From: an uncultured Clostridium sp.
GTDB lineage: Bacteria; Bacillota; Clostridia; TANB77; CAG-508
Assembly: GCA_948471055.1 (NCBI GenBank)
Contig: CAOKQZ010000004.1
Location: 9,331-73,330, forward strand
Direction: 5' to 3'
Length of the DNA: 64,000 nucleotides
Each line of letters starts with the position of its first letter. The first letter of the stretch is position 1. Positions 29,843 to 39,831 of this stretch are shown here, one piece after another. The notes below the pieces were generated by a model. It was not told where the DNA came from, did no database searches, and saw only the letters and a list, made by a program, of their open reading frames with translations. The position numbers and the translations under genes are program-made.

Positions 29843-30514
29843 CTATAAATATTTTTTTACTTCTTGGTAGATTTCTTCGTGGATGTCTTGTACGGTTCTT
29901 AATTCTCCATCTTTTACACATTTTACTTCATACCAATCGTAATCGTTTACTAGGTCACAGGCTGTATTATAACTATCGATAATATGTCTTTTATCTCGTT
30001 CGTGAATGTCTTTTCTTGCAGAATGTGTAAATTTATTGGCTCTATGTTCAATTAAGTTTAGGGCGTAATCTGGTGGCATGCTTAAGAAGAAGGTTTTGGT
30101 TGGTACTGGTAGACCGTATAGATTGAATTCAAAATCCCATAACCAATCTAAGAATTTTTTTCTTTCTTCTTTGTTTTCTATTTTTCCTGCTTGATGAACC
30201 ATGTTAGCAGTTGTGTAACGATCTGCTAATATAATTCCACCTTCTTTATAATAGTCTTCATAATAGCGTTTGAAAGTAGCATAACGGTCTGCTGCATAAA
30301 AAGTAGAAGCAATATATGGGCTAACATCTTTCGCATTTTCTCCAAATTCTCCAGATAAGTACATTTTCACTAAACTTGAGGAAGCATTGTCATAGTTTGG
30401 AAAATTGACGACACGAAATTCTAAATTTTCTTCTTTTAATCGTTCTTGCAATTTTCGAAATTGCGTTTCTTTCCCACTTCCATCGGTTCCTTCTATTACA
30501 AATAATTTTCCCAT
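29843..30514 (-). CDS. tmk: dTMP (thymidylate) kinase
   Basis: P-loop IEGTDGSGKETQ. Confidence 0.85.
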   Translation of the reverse strand: MGKLFVIEGTDGSGKETQFRKLQERLKEENLEFRVVNFPNYDNASSSLVKMYLSGEFGENAKDVSPYIASTFYAADRYATFKRYYEDYYKEGGIILADRYTTANMVHQAGKIENKEERKKFLDWLWDFEFNLYGLPVPTKTFFLSMPPDYALNLIEHRANKFTHSARKDIHERDKRHIIDSYNTACDLVNDYDWYEVKCVKDGELRTVQDIHEEIYQEVKKYL

Positions 30515-30576
30515 TATTCATCCCTTCTTTCTATTATTTATATATTCGGACAGATACAAGACCTGCTACGTATAAA

Positions 30577-30604
30577 GGGTTGCATGGTATGCAATCCCTA
30601 CGGG
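30577..30604. repeat. GGGT..ATCCC-TAC hairpin (family 3-like)
   Basis: GGGTTGCATGGTATGCAATCCCTACGGG. Confidence 0.5.
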
Positions 30605-30623
30605 CACATTTTCTAATTTGTAG

Positions 30624-30680
30624 AAAAAAGGCCCCTTTACCTAAGGGGACTGTCAGCGTTAGCTCCCTTAGGGGTTCTTA
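30624..30680. repeat. Solo arm of the family-1 repeat; acts as the metG terminator and supplies its stop codon
   Basis: The reverse complement is TAAGAACCCCTAAGGGAGCTAACGCTGACAGTCCCCTTAGGTAAAGGGGCCTTTTTT. The TAA at 30678-30680 is the metG stop. Confidence 0.6.
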
Positions 30681-32246
30681 CACACCCATTCCCTTCTTTA
30701 TATAATCTATTTCTTCTTCTACATTTAACCTCATGAATAAGGGTTCTCCTTTTTCAATTACTTTGGTTCCGTTTGGTATTTGGTCTAATTCATAGATGCT
30801 TTCCCATGTATTTTCTTGTTTGTCTAATCCAATTTGAGTAAGTAGGTTTTTAGCTGTTTTTTCCATGAATGGTAATAGCATGATTCCTATTTTTCTTAAA
30901 TTCTCAATTAGATGGTTCATGCAAGAAGCTAGTTTTTCGGTTTCTTCTTCTTTTTGTAATACCCATGGAGCAGTTTCATCAATGTATTTATTGGTTCTAG
31001 CAATAATGTTCCAAAGTTCTTGTAAAGAATTGGCAAATTCAAATTTTTCAAAATGATCTTCTACTAGTTTGATTTGTTTTTTCGTGTATTCTTCTAAATC
31101 GCTATCCACCTCATTTACTTGTCCTACATAAGTTGGTACCTCTCCTTCAAAATACTTATTCACCATAGATACTGTTCGATTTAGTAAATTTCCTAAATCA
31201 TTACATAAATCAAAATTAAAGCGTTCAATAAAACTTTCTGGTGAGAAAACACCATCTTGTACCACAGGCATTTCACGAAGGAGAAAATAACGAACCGCAT
31301 CTAACCCATAACGGTCTAGTAGTAATTCTGGATATACCACATTTCCTTTTGATTTACTCATTTTTCCATCTTTCATCATAATCCAGTTATGCACTAAAAT
31401 TTTCTTTGGTACTGGTAAATCAAGTGCCATTAAGAAAATTGGCCAATAAATTAAATGAAATCTGGCAATATCTTTTCCTACAATTTGTAAATCGGCTGGC
31501 CAGTATTTTTTAAATTTGGTATCATCTTCTGACAAATATCCAAGTGCTGTAATGTAATTGGTTAGAGCATCTAACCATACATATACTACATGAGATGGGT
31601 CACTTTTTACTTTAATTCCCCAATCAAAATTGGTACGGCTTACACATAGGTCTTCTAATCCTGGCTTAATAAAATTATTTAACATTTCGGTTTTACGAAA
31701 TTCTGGTGTAATGAAATCGCTTTCTTCGTAAAGTTTTACTAATCGGTCAGCATATTTTTTCATATTAAAGAAATATGCTTCTTCTTTCATTAAAACCACA
31801 TCTCTACCACAATCTGGGCATTTACCATCTACCAACTGTGTTTTCGTAAAATACGTCTCACAAGGAACACAATACATTCCCTCATAACTTCCTTTATAAA
31901 TATCTCCATTAGCAAGAAATTTCTCAAAAATTTCTTGTACCACTTTTCCATGTCTATCCTCTGTGGTACGAATAAAGTCATCATATTCAATTTCCATTTT
32001 TGCCCACAATTCTTTTGCCATATCTGCCATATGGTCTACATGCTCTTGTGGTGTCATATGATTTTTTTCGGCTACAGTTTGTATTTTTTGTCCATGTTCA
32101 TCAAGTCCAGTAAGAAGGTATGTATCATACCCTCTTAAGTTCTTGTATTTTTTGACGGTATCTGCTACCACAGTGGTATAAGCAGTTCCTATATGAAATT
32201 TTCCACTTGGATAATAAATTGGTGTGGTAATATAGTATTTTTCCAT
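30678..32246 (-). CDS. metG: Methionine--tRNA ligase (short form)
   Basis: HIGH-type motif (GKFHIGTAYT) and KMSKS (KMSKSKGN). Confidence 0.92.
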   Translation of the reverse strand: MEKYYITTPIYYPSGKFHIGTAYTTVVADTVKKYKNLRGYDTYLLTGLDEHGQKIQTVAEKNHMTPQEHVDHMADMAKELWAKMEIEYDDFIRTTEDRHGKVVQEIFEKFLANGDIYKGSYEGMYCVPCETYFTKTQLVDGKCPDCGRDVVLMKEEAYFFNMKKYADRLVKLYEESDFITPEFRKTEMLNNFIKPGLEDLCVSRTNFDWGIKVKSDPSHVVYVWLDALTNYITALGYLSEDDTKFKKYWPADLQIVGKDIARFHLIYWPIFLMALDLPVPKKILVHNWIMMKDGKMSKSKGNVVYPELLLDRYGLDAVRYFLLREMPVVQDGVFSPESFIERFNFDLCNDLGNLLNRTVSMVNKYFEGEVPTYVGQVNEVDSDLEEYTKKQIKLVEDHFEKFEFANSLQELWNIIARTNKYIDETAPWVLQKEEETEKLASCMNHLIENLRKIGIMLLPFMEKTAKNLLTQIGLDKQENTWESIYELDQIPNGTKVIEKGEPLFMRLNVEEEIDYIKKGMGV

Positions 32247-32266
32247 GTTTTCACGTCCTTACTTCA

Positions 32267-32605
32267 TTATACGTTTTTCCAAAACCATTCTAAACTATTA
32301 TCAATACTTTTTTTCTTTTTGGCTTTTGTTTCTACATCATCTACCCAAAGATAAGATGCATAGGAAATAAATATCATTACAAAATCAACTACCAAACATT
32401 TTGAAATTTCTGGTACCATTGCTTCATATTGTGCTGGTAAAATTAAAAATTGAATGCCATGCATTACTAATAGTATTAAAAATACAATTAGCGTTAGCAT
32501 TGGTACATATGCATTTTTTGCTTCCTTTCCTATATACACTAAACAAATCGTAAGAAATAGTGATAATAATAAAATCCATGGGTCTGCTACATTAATTAAA
32601 AACAT
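32267..32605 (-). CDS. Small membrane protein (112 aa)
   Basis: Three hydrophobic segments; tightly packed between glmM and metG. Confidence 0.55.
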   Translation of the reverse strand: MFLINVADPWILLLSLFLTICLVYIGKEAKNAYVPMLTLIVFLILLVMHGIQFLILPAQYEAMVPEISKCLVVDFVMIFISYASYLWVDDVETKAKKKKSIDNSLEWFWKNV

Positions 32606-32618
32606 CTTTTGTTCCTCC

Positions 32619-33992
32619 TTATTTTAATTTTTCTTCAATGAAGTTTACTAACTCCTCTGCTTTTGTTTTAATATATTCTTTATCCTCTCCTTCAATCATA
32701 ACCCTTACTAAAGGTTCGGTTCCAGAAGGACGTATTAAAACCCTACCATTATCCGCAAATTCATTTTCTAACTCATGAATTTTTTGTTGTATCGTTTCAT
32801 CGTGTTCATAATCGTGTTTTTTATTGGATGCTACTTTTGCATTAATTAGTACTTGCGGATATATACTAATTATACTACAAAGTTTGGATGCTGAAACATT
32901 TTTTTCTAATAAAATTTGAATGACCATAAGAGAAGTTAAAATACCGTCTCCTGTTGGGTTGTAATCTAGGAAAATGATATGTCCCGATTGTTCTCCGCCT
33001 AAGTTATAGCCATTTTTTAGCATTTCTTCTAATACATAACGGTCTCCTACTTTGGTTTGGCACTCTTGTAGTTCATTTTCTTTACAATATTTCTTTAATC
33101 CTAAATTACTCATAACCGTTGCCACAACGGTATCTTTCTTTAACGTTCCTTTTTCTTTCATGTATTTCGAACAAATCGCTAGCACTTTATCTCCATTTAT
33201 TTCATTTCCTTGTTCATCAATTAATAAACAACGGTCTCCATCGCCATCATAGGCTACTCCTAAACTTAATCTATGTTCTACTACAAATTTTTTAATTTGT
33301 TCTAAATGTGTTGAACCACAGTTTTCATTGATATTTACTCCATTTGGATGGTTGTTAATAATGACATATTGAATACCTAACTCAGAAAATATTTTTTCTG
33401 CTACCTTGTAGGTCGCCCCATTTGCAGTATCAATTCCTACGATAAAGTCCTCTTTTTTGGAGGCTCCAATGCTTGTTTTAAAATTTTCGATTAGATGATT
33501 GGCATATTCATCAATTAAGTCTTCTCTTAACTCGGAAACCCCAATTTTGTCATGTGGTGCATTCATTCCGTCAATTTGGTCTGAATCCATAATTTCTTCG
33601 ATTTCTTCTTCAATGGCGTCATCAATTTTCATTCCTTTATTGCTAAAATACTTAACTCCATTAAATTCGTATGTATTGTGCGAAGCTGAAATAACCACAC
33701 TGGCATCTGCTTTTAGTTTCCTTGTTAAATAGGCTACTGCTGGCGTTGGAATGACTCCTAATAATTTTACATTAGCACCGTAACTTAAAAATCCAGCGGT
33801 CATAGCACTTTCAATTAATGAACCAGAAATACGAGTATCCCTTCCAATTAGAATGGTTGGAGTATGGTCTGTGTGTTTGGATAAGACACAGGCTCCTGCT
33901 TTTGCTACTTTGTAGACTAAATTGGGGGTAAGTTCGGTATTGGCAATTCTTCTTATACCATCGGTTCCAAAATATTTTCTCATTTTCTTCAC
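32619..33992 (-). CDS. glmM: Phosphoglucosamine mutase
   Basis: FGTDGIRR and the active-site loop SASHNTYEFNG. Confidence 0.9.
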   Translation of the reverse strand: MKKMRKYFGTDGIRRIANTELTPNLVYKVAKAGACVLSKHTDHTPTILIGRDTRISGSLIESAMTAGFLSYGANVKLLGVIPTPAVAYLTRKLKADASVVISASHNTYEFNGVKYFSNKGMKIDDAIEEEIEEIMDSDQIDGMNAPHDKIGVSELREDLIDEYANHLIENFKTSIGASKKEDFIVGIDTANGATYKVAEKIFSELGIQYVIINNHPNGVNINENCGSTHLEQIKKFVVEHRLSLGVAYDGDGDRCLLIDEQGNEINGDKVLAICSKYMKEKGTLKKDTVVATVMSNLGLKKYCKENELQECQTKVGDRYVLEEMLKNGYNLGGEQSGHIIFLDYNPTGDGILTSLMVIQILLEKNVSASKLCSIISIYPQVLINAKVASNKKHDYEHDETIQQKIHELENEFADNGRVLIRPSGTEPLVRVMIEGEDKEYIKTKAEELVNFIEEKLK

Positions 33993-34083
33993 ATTCCTTT
34001 CGATTATTAAATTGGATAAAACAAATTTTTACTTAAGATAAAGTTTTTATTGATAAACAATTTCTATTGAAATAAAGTTTTCT

Positions 34084-34840
34084 TTATTTCACAAACCTCT
34101 TTTTGATTGGTTTTGGTAGTTCTATTTCGATTTTGGTATTTTCTAGTATATGTCTTGGGTTGGTTCTGGTTAATACTTCTAGTTTTTCTTTTGAAATAAT
34201 TTTTTCTAATTCTTTTTTGTTTTCTTGTATTATATCATATTTTTGAAAATTGTGTGCATCTACTGCAAAAAAATGAATACAATTTGCTTTTAGTAGTTGT
34301 ATAAGTACTTTTTTGGCTCTTTTTCCATAATAGCCATCGATACTTGCAAAATTTGCTTGAAAAAGTACGCCTTTTGCAATTAAGTTTACAACAAAATTGG
34401 GGTTGTCTTGTACATACTGGTATCGCTCTGGATGAGCAATAATGGGGACTAGTCCATTTGCTTGCATTTCAAAAATTAATTGTTCTAGGTAATTTACTTT
34501 GCTATTCATCGGAAGTTCAAATAATACATAGCGACTATTGGCTAATGTAGATGCCTTTTTTTCTTTAATGAGTGTTACTAAATTGGGGGTAATATAAATT
34601 TCACTTCCAACATGAATTTTGAGACTTAGCCCGTTTTTCTAGCATTACTCGGTTTAATGCCTCTACCACTGCTTGTCTTTTTATATGCTCTACTTCGTAT
34701 TGATTTTCCATATAGTGGGAAGTAGCAATAATATCGGTAAATCCTGCACTTTTTGCTTTTTCTAACATGGCATGGGTTTCTTCCATCGTTTTGGCACCAT
34801 CATCAATGTTTGGAATAATATGCGTATGAATATCAATCAT
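34084..34840 (-). CDS. Capsular tyrosine-protein phosphatase (PHP family, CpsB/Wzh type); frame needs a +1 shift at CGG (34631-34633)
   Basis: MIDIHTHIIPNIDDG ... LEK-G-LSLKIHVGSEIY ... IIAHPERY. Junction AAA-C-GGG-CTA. Confidence 0.85.
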
Positions 34841-36302
34841 CTTTATTTTCTTTCTTCTCCTCGCTTACATTATTTTGTGTTTCTTGTGTTTGCATATTCG
34901 TTTCATCTTGTTTTTCTTCTCTTTGCCCATAATAATAACTGTGTTCGTAGTTTTTTGCTTTTACTGGTATTTTGTTAATTACAAGCCCTGTAATGGTTCC
35001 ACCAACATGTTCTATCATTTTCTTTACTTTTTCTATTTCTCCCATTTTGGTGGATTGGTATGAGGTAACTAGCAAACTACCGTCTAACATTTTGGCTAAA
35101 ATAATGGAATCGGTAACAAGTAGTGCTGGGGTTCCGTCAAAAATAACCATATCAAAGGTGTTTCTTAGTTTGGTAAGGAATTCTTGCATTTTTTCTAACC
35201 CCAATAATTCTGATGGATTTGGTGGAATATCTCCTGTGGACATTACATATACCCCATTTATAGAGGTCGTTTGAAAATATGCCATCATATCCTCTTTGTT
35301 TTCTATTTCACTAATACCAGATAAGTAATTCGATAATCCCGGTTTTCGTTCTATTTCAAATATCTCATGTAATCTTCCTTTTCGCATATCTGAATCGATA
35401 AGAGCAACTTTTTTTCCTTCATTGGCAAAGGAAATAGCAAGATTGGCCGATACCCAACTTTTTCCTTCTCCTGGTACACTGCTTGTTACTAGTAAGGTTT
35501 TCATTCCTTGGTTGGAAGTCATAAATTGAAGATTGGTTCTTAAGGTTCGAAATATTTCAGAGATTGGTGATTTTGGGTTTTGGCTTATCATTAATTCTTT
35601 TTTATTTTCATTTCCTTGTTGTTTTAACTCATAATGATATTGTGGAATAGAAGCTAACACCGTTAAACCTAGCCTTTTTTCTGCTTCTTCGCTTTTTTTA
35701 ATGGTAGTATCTAATAAGCTTCTTATAAACACAAAACCAGCTGAAACGATAAATCCTATCATGCCAAAGAATATGATATTCTTTTTATAATTTATATTAT
35801 ATGGTTGTTCCTCCTCTTTGGCTTCATCTACAATTTGAAGATTATCTAGTTTGTATATATCTTTTGCTTTTTCAATAAACACTTTCGCTATTTCATTGGT
35901 CAAATCTTTTGCTACCTTAGGATTGCTATTTTTTACCGAAATCTCAATTAATTGTGTTGAAGTCACTAATCTTACGGTTATATTGTTTCGTAATGTCTCT
36001 TCTTCTATATTTATATTATCAAGATTTTTTAGTACTTCTCTTATAATATTGTTGGTTTTAATGAGCTCTGTATAAGTTGCAACTAATTGTTGGTTTAGTG
36101 TTACATCATTTCCAGTAATGGTATTATTTTCTGTGTTATTACTTTTGGTTAAAATCAATGTTGTTAAAGATTCATACTCTGGTACCACTACATATTTCGT
36201 ATAACCAAATCCTAAAACTGCAAATAACACTGTTACCAATAAAATAAATACTTTTTTCTTCCAAAATATATCAAATAGTTCCTTTAAATCAATTTCTTCC
36301 AT
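34833..36302 (-). CDS. Fused Wzz chain-length determinant / tyrosine autokinase (CpsC-CpsD type)
   Basis: N-terminal Wzz-type TM domain, Walker A SSVPGEGKS, and a C-terminal Tyr cluster YEHSYYYG. Confidence 0.85.
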   Translation of the reverse strand: MEEIDLKELFDIFWKKKVFILLVTVLFAVLGFGYTKYVVVPEYESLTTLILTKSNNTENNTITGNDVTLNQQLVATYTELIKTNNIIREVLKNLDNINIEEETLRNNITVRLVTSTQLIEISVKNSNPKVAKDLTNEIAKVFIEKAKDIYKLDNLQIVDEAKEEEQPYNINYKKNIIFFGMIGFIVSAGFVFIRSLLDTTIKKSEEAEKRLGLTVLASIPQYHYELKQQGNENKKELMISQNPKSPISEIFRTLRTNLQFMTSNQGMKTLLVTSSVPGEGKSWVSANLAISFANEGKKVALIDSDMRKGRLHEIFEIERKPGLSNYLSGISEIENKEDMMAYFQTTSINGVYVMSTGDIPPNPSELLGLEKMQEFLTKLRNTFDMVIFDGTPALLVTDSIILAKMLDGSLLVTSYQSTKMGEIEKVKKMIEHVGGTITGLVINKIPVKAKNYEHSYYYGQREEKQDETNMQTQETQNNVSEEKKENKDD

Positions 36303-36489
36303 ATTTTCTCCACTTATTATAACATTAGGTCTATTATATCGATATTTGCTCCCATTTGCAAGATGTTTCTAGAAAAATTTCATGTCGAAATTGGTCGGAA
36401 AGTTTTTTGTGTTTTTTGTTGCTTTTTGACAATGCGGTATGTTATAATTTTACTGAAATTAGACAAACCATGGAAAGGAGGATATGTGT

Positions 36490-36894
36490 ATGGAAGATAA
36501 GAATACTCTATTAATTTTAAGTACACTTCAAGAAAATTTTGAAAAGATTTTTGCACGATTTGATGAACATGACAAAAGATTTGATGAATATGACAAGAAA
36601 TTCGCTGAATATGACAAGAAATTTGCTGAATATGACAAAAGATTTGACAAACATGATAAGAAATTCGCTGAACATGATAATGATATAAAAGAAATCAAAG
36701 CTAGCTTACAATCTATTGAAAATATCGTAACTCGAATAGAATATGAACACGACCGAAAAATACAAATTGGTTTAGAACAAATTTCTATGCTTACGAATAA
36801 AATAGACATTATGCAAGAAAGTATCGATAAAATTAATTCAAAACTTGATAATCACGAAATCCGTATTGAAGTCTTAGAAGAAAAGGTTTTGTAA
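36490..36894 (+). CDS. Coiled-coil repeat protein (six 7-aa FxEYDKK repeats)
   Basis: Extended -10 promoter (TGTTATAAT) and AGGAGG RBS. This is the only plus-strand gene inside the polysaccharide locus. Confidence 0.6.
   Translation: MEDKNTLLILSTLQENFEKIFARFDEHDKRFDEYDKKFAEYDKKFAEYDKRFDKHDKKFAEHDNDIKEIKASLQSIENIVTRIEYEHDRKIQIGLEQISMLTNKIDIMQESIDKINSKLDNHEIRIEVLEEKVL
36559..36684 (+). repeat. Six tandem 21-bp coding repeats
   Basis: TTTGATGAATATGACAAGAAA-like unit repeated six times, in frame. Confidence 0.8.
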
Positions 36895-36899
36895 TCATT

Positions 36900-36935
36900 T
36901 TAAGCTAAAATATAATTACTTACATTTTAGCTTAA
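36900..36935. terminator. Bidirectional terminator between convergent genes
   Basis: 12-bp stem TTAAGCTAAAAT / ATTTTAGCTTAA. Confidence 0.6.
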
Positions 36936-37007
36936 ATCTAACATCCTACTTTTTCTGTTAGGAAAATTTTCAAATATTAATTAAAAATGGTTTGTCTGAT
37001 TTTTTTA

Positions 37008-38063
37008 CTACATCTCATACATATAATGAATAAAATCCTTTTTTGCTTTTTCCAAATTTGTCACATATAAAAAAGTTCCATTTTCTAAAATCTCTTCACT
37101 ATACTCGTTTTTTGGTATCATTACTGAGGTAAGATTATTCAAATATGCATCTTTATTGGCAAGCAATTCTGGAAGCATGCCCATGTATTTGCCTACATTT
37201 ATATTGGTTGTTACTTGTTCTAAAATTAAATCGATAATTCTAGAAATTTCGCCTAAATCTTTGGTTAATATCTTATTTAACATAGCAACTAATACTTCTC
37301 TTTGCCTTCTGGTTCTTCCAAAATCGCCATAATCTGTAGTTCCGCTACGGTATCCTGCTTCTCTTTCTTTTACATGTGCAGCTGCTTGCTCTCCGGTTAA
37401 TGTTACTTTTCCATAGCTTGTTACTTTTTTGGTTGGTTTCCCAGAAAATTTGTAAAACATATCAACAAAATGATTAATGGAATTCATTTCTTCCTTTGTA
37501 ATTTCTAATTCCACTCCACCAATTTCATTAATAATATCATACATGCTAGAAATATTAACTGTAACATATTCTTTTATATTTAGTCCAAAGTTTTCATTAA
37601 TTGTTTTTACGGCTAGTTGTTCTTTTCCTGTTGCAAAGGCTGCATTAATTTTGTATCGATTTTCAAATCCTGCAATATGAGCCGCAGTATCACGTGGAAT
37701 ACTAATTAATTTGATACTTTTGAATTTTGGATTAATGGAAATAATCATAATGGCATCACTGTTTCCATCGTATTGGTCTGACATATCTTTGGAATCGGAA
37801 CCAAGAAGTAGGATATTTACTACTTGGTCATATTCCTTTTTGGTTAGCCCCTCTACTTCACTATACATCTCAGTATTAATCCCTAAATTTCCTTCGTCTA
37901 AATCTTTAAAATGTATTTTTGAAAGACGATCTCCTACAAACTTGCTTACCAAAATAACGGCTAGCAAAATGATAATAAGGAGCATAACAATAACTACTTT
38001 TACCCACTTATTCATTCCTTTTTTCTTTTTTGGTATTAGTTTGTTTTGATCGTCATATATCAT
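37008..38063 (-). CDS. LytR-CpsA-Psr (LCP) family protein
   Basis: N-terminal TM segment, then LLLGSDS...SDAIMIISINP. Confidence 0.85.
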   Translation of the reverse strand: MIYDDQNKLIPKKKKGMNKWVKVVIVMLLIIILLAVILVSKFVGDRLSKIHFKDLDEGNLGINTEMYSEVEGLTKKEYDQVVNILLLGSDSKDMSDQYDGNSDAIMIISINPKFKSIKLISIPRDTAAHIAGFENRYKINAAFATGKEQLAVKTINENFGLNIKEYVTVNISSMYDIINEIGGVELEITKEEMNSINHFVDMFYKFSGKPTKKVTSYGKVTLTGEQAAAHVKEREAGYRSGTTDYGDFGRTRRQREVLVAMLNKILTKDLGEISRIIDLILEQVTTNINVGKYMGMLPELLANKDAYLNNLTSVMIPKNEYSEEILENGTFLYVTNLEKAKKDFIHYMYEM

Positions 38064-38075
38064 TTTCCTTACCTC

Positions 38076-39044
38076 TTACCTAAGCCATTCTGGATTTGCT
38101 AAGTACCAATCGATGGTCTTGATAATGCCATCTTCGAATTGTGTTTTTGGCTCCCAGCCTAGTTCTTTCTTTATTTTGCTTGGGTCGATGGCATAACGAT
38201 AGTCATGTCCTTTTCGATCCTCTACAAATTCTATCATAGTTTCTGGTTTATGTAAATGGTTTAAGATTAATTTTACAATTTCAATATTTCTTTTTTCATT
38301 ATGTCCGCCAATGTTGTATCTTTCGCCTGCTCTTCCATTATGGAATACCATATCAATTGCTTCACAGTGGTCTTCTACATACAGCCAGTCGCGAATGTTT
38401 TTGCCATCTCCATATACTGGTAGCTTTTCGTTATTCATGGCTAGTTTTATCATATGAGGAATTAGTTTTTCATGGTGTTGATATGGTCCATAGTTATTTG
38501 AGCAATTCGTAATAGTTACATTCATTTTGAAGGTTTCGTAATATGCTCTTGCGATTAGGTCAGAGCTTGCTTTTGAGGCAGAGTATGGGCTGTTTGGATT
38601 AATTGGTGTTGTTTCTGTGAAATAGCCTTCTTCGCCAAGGGTGCCGTATACTTCGTCTGTGGAAATATGGACGAATTTGTTTTGGCTTCCTTCTCCCCAA
38701 ATTTGTTTTGCTACTTCTAGCAAGGTATGTGTTCCAATTACATTAGTTTGGGTAAAAATAAATGGGTTTTTGATGCTATTATCTACATGAGATTCTGCTG
38801 CGAAATGGATTACTCCATTAATTTGGTATTTTTCAAATAAGTCTTTTACAAAGGTGTAGTCGCAAATGTCACCTTGTATGAAGGTAATTTTGTCTTGTAT
38901 TTTTTTTAGGTTATTTAGGTTTCCTGCATAGGTTAGTTTGTCTAATACGATGATGTTATATTCTGGATGTTTTGTGACAAAAAATTCAGCAAAATTTGCT
39001 CCAATAAATCCAGCTGCTCCGGTAATTAATATGTTATTACTCAT
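38076..39044 (-). CDS. rfbB: dTDP-glucose 4,6-dehydratase
   Basis: ILITGAAGFIGANF and YSASKASSD. Confidence 0.92.
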   Translation of the reverse strand: MSNNILITGAAGFIGANFAEFFVTKHPEYNIIVLDKLTYAGNLNNLKKIQDKITFIQGDICDYTFVKDLFEKYQINGVIHFAAESHVDNSIKNPFIFTQTNVIGTHTLLEVAKQIWGEGSQNKFVHISTDEVYGTLGEEGYFTETTPINPNSPYSASKASSDLIARAYYETFKMNVTITNCSNNYGPYQHHEKLIPHMIKLAMNNEKLPVYGDGKNIRDWLYVEDHCEAIDMVFHNGRAGERYNIGGHNEKRNIEIVKLILNHLHKPETMIEFVEDRKGHDYRYAIDPSKIKKELGWEPKTQFEDGIIKTIDWYLANPEWLR

Positions 39045-39070
39045 GTTTTTTCTCTCCTTTTTTGTTTTCG

Positions 39071-39206
39071 TTTGGGTTTCCGCTTCCGACCCATAATGGG
39101 ATTAATTTTTTTCATTTCGCCCTCCAAGCTCACGGGTATTCCCCCGCCTCAAAGGGCTGTCGGGTCTTCATTACAAAAATTAATCCCATTACGGGGCTCA
39201 CGCTAG
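39071..39206. repeat. Structured intergenic repeat, family 2, copy 2 (inverted relative to copy 1)
   Basis: 57-nt core at 39111-39167, enclosed by a 17-bp stem (39094-39110 / 39175-39191) whose sequence differs from the copy-1 stem. Confidence 0.75.
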
Positions 39207-39248
39207 TGTTTGCCATTTTTTATGGCGTTGGAATTTCTTTTGTGTTTT

Positions 39249-39830
39249 TTACGTTAGATTTTGAAATAAATTGGTTTTTCTTAATTCGTTTAGGGTTGGC
39301 CATTTTGTGTCTTTTTCGGAGGTGATTAGGTCTTCTTCTTTGATGTTTCCTAGTGGCCAGTTGATTCCTACTTCTTTGTCATTCCATGCAAGACCGCCTT
39401 CGGCGTTGTGGTTGTAGATGTCGTCACATTTGTAGGTAAATTCTGCTTCTTCGGATAGGACTAAGAAGCCATGGGCGAACCCTTTTGGAATTAAAAACAT
39501 CTTTTTATTTTCTTCGGATAGGATGACTCCTTCCCATTTGCCATAGGTTTTGCTGTTTGGTCTTAGGTCTACTGCTACATCAAATACTTCGCCTTTTAGT
39601 ACTCGTACTAATTTGGCTTGTATGTTTTCTTTTTGGAAATGCAAGCCTCTTAATACACCCTTTTTCGACTTTGATTGATTATCTTGTACGAAATCATAAT
39701 ATAAACCAATTTCTTCAAATTCTGCTTTGGAATAGGTCTCCATGAAATATCCTCTATCATCGCCAAATACTGTTGGTTCAATAATGTATACACCATCTAT
39801 ACTGGTTTCTATTTTTTTAAACTTTCCCAT
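39249..39830 (-). CDS. rfbC: dTDP-4-dehydrorhamnose 3,5-epimerase
   Basis: DDRGYF.E ... RGLHFQ ... KLV.V..G.VFDVAVDLR. Confidence 0.92.
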   Translation of the reverse strand: MGKFKKIETSIDGVYIIEPTVFGDDRGYFMETYSKAEFEEIGLYYDFVQDNQSKSKKGVLRGLHFQKENIQAKLVRVLKGEVFDVAVDLRPNSKTYGKWEGVILSEENKKMFLIPKGFAHGFLVLSEEAEFTYKCDDIYNHNAEGGLAWNDKEVGINWPLGNIKEEDLITSEKDTKWPTLNELRKTNLFQNLT

Positions 39831-39831
39831 T

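Noticed and set aside
36559-36684. 21-bp tandem repeats as a possible CRISPR-like array
   Set aside because: The repeats are contiguous with no spacers, in frame, and encode a 7-aa protein repeat. No cas genes are present.
39062-39325. Plus-strand 87-aa ORF between rfbB and rfbC
   Set aside because: It runs straight through the family-2 structured repeat and into the antisense of rfbC. It has no RBS and is most likely spurious.
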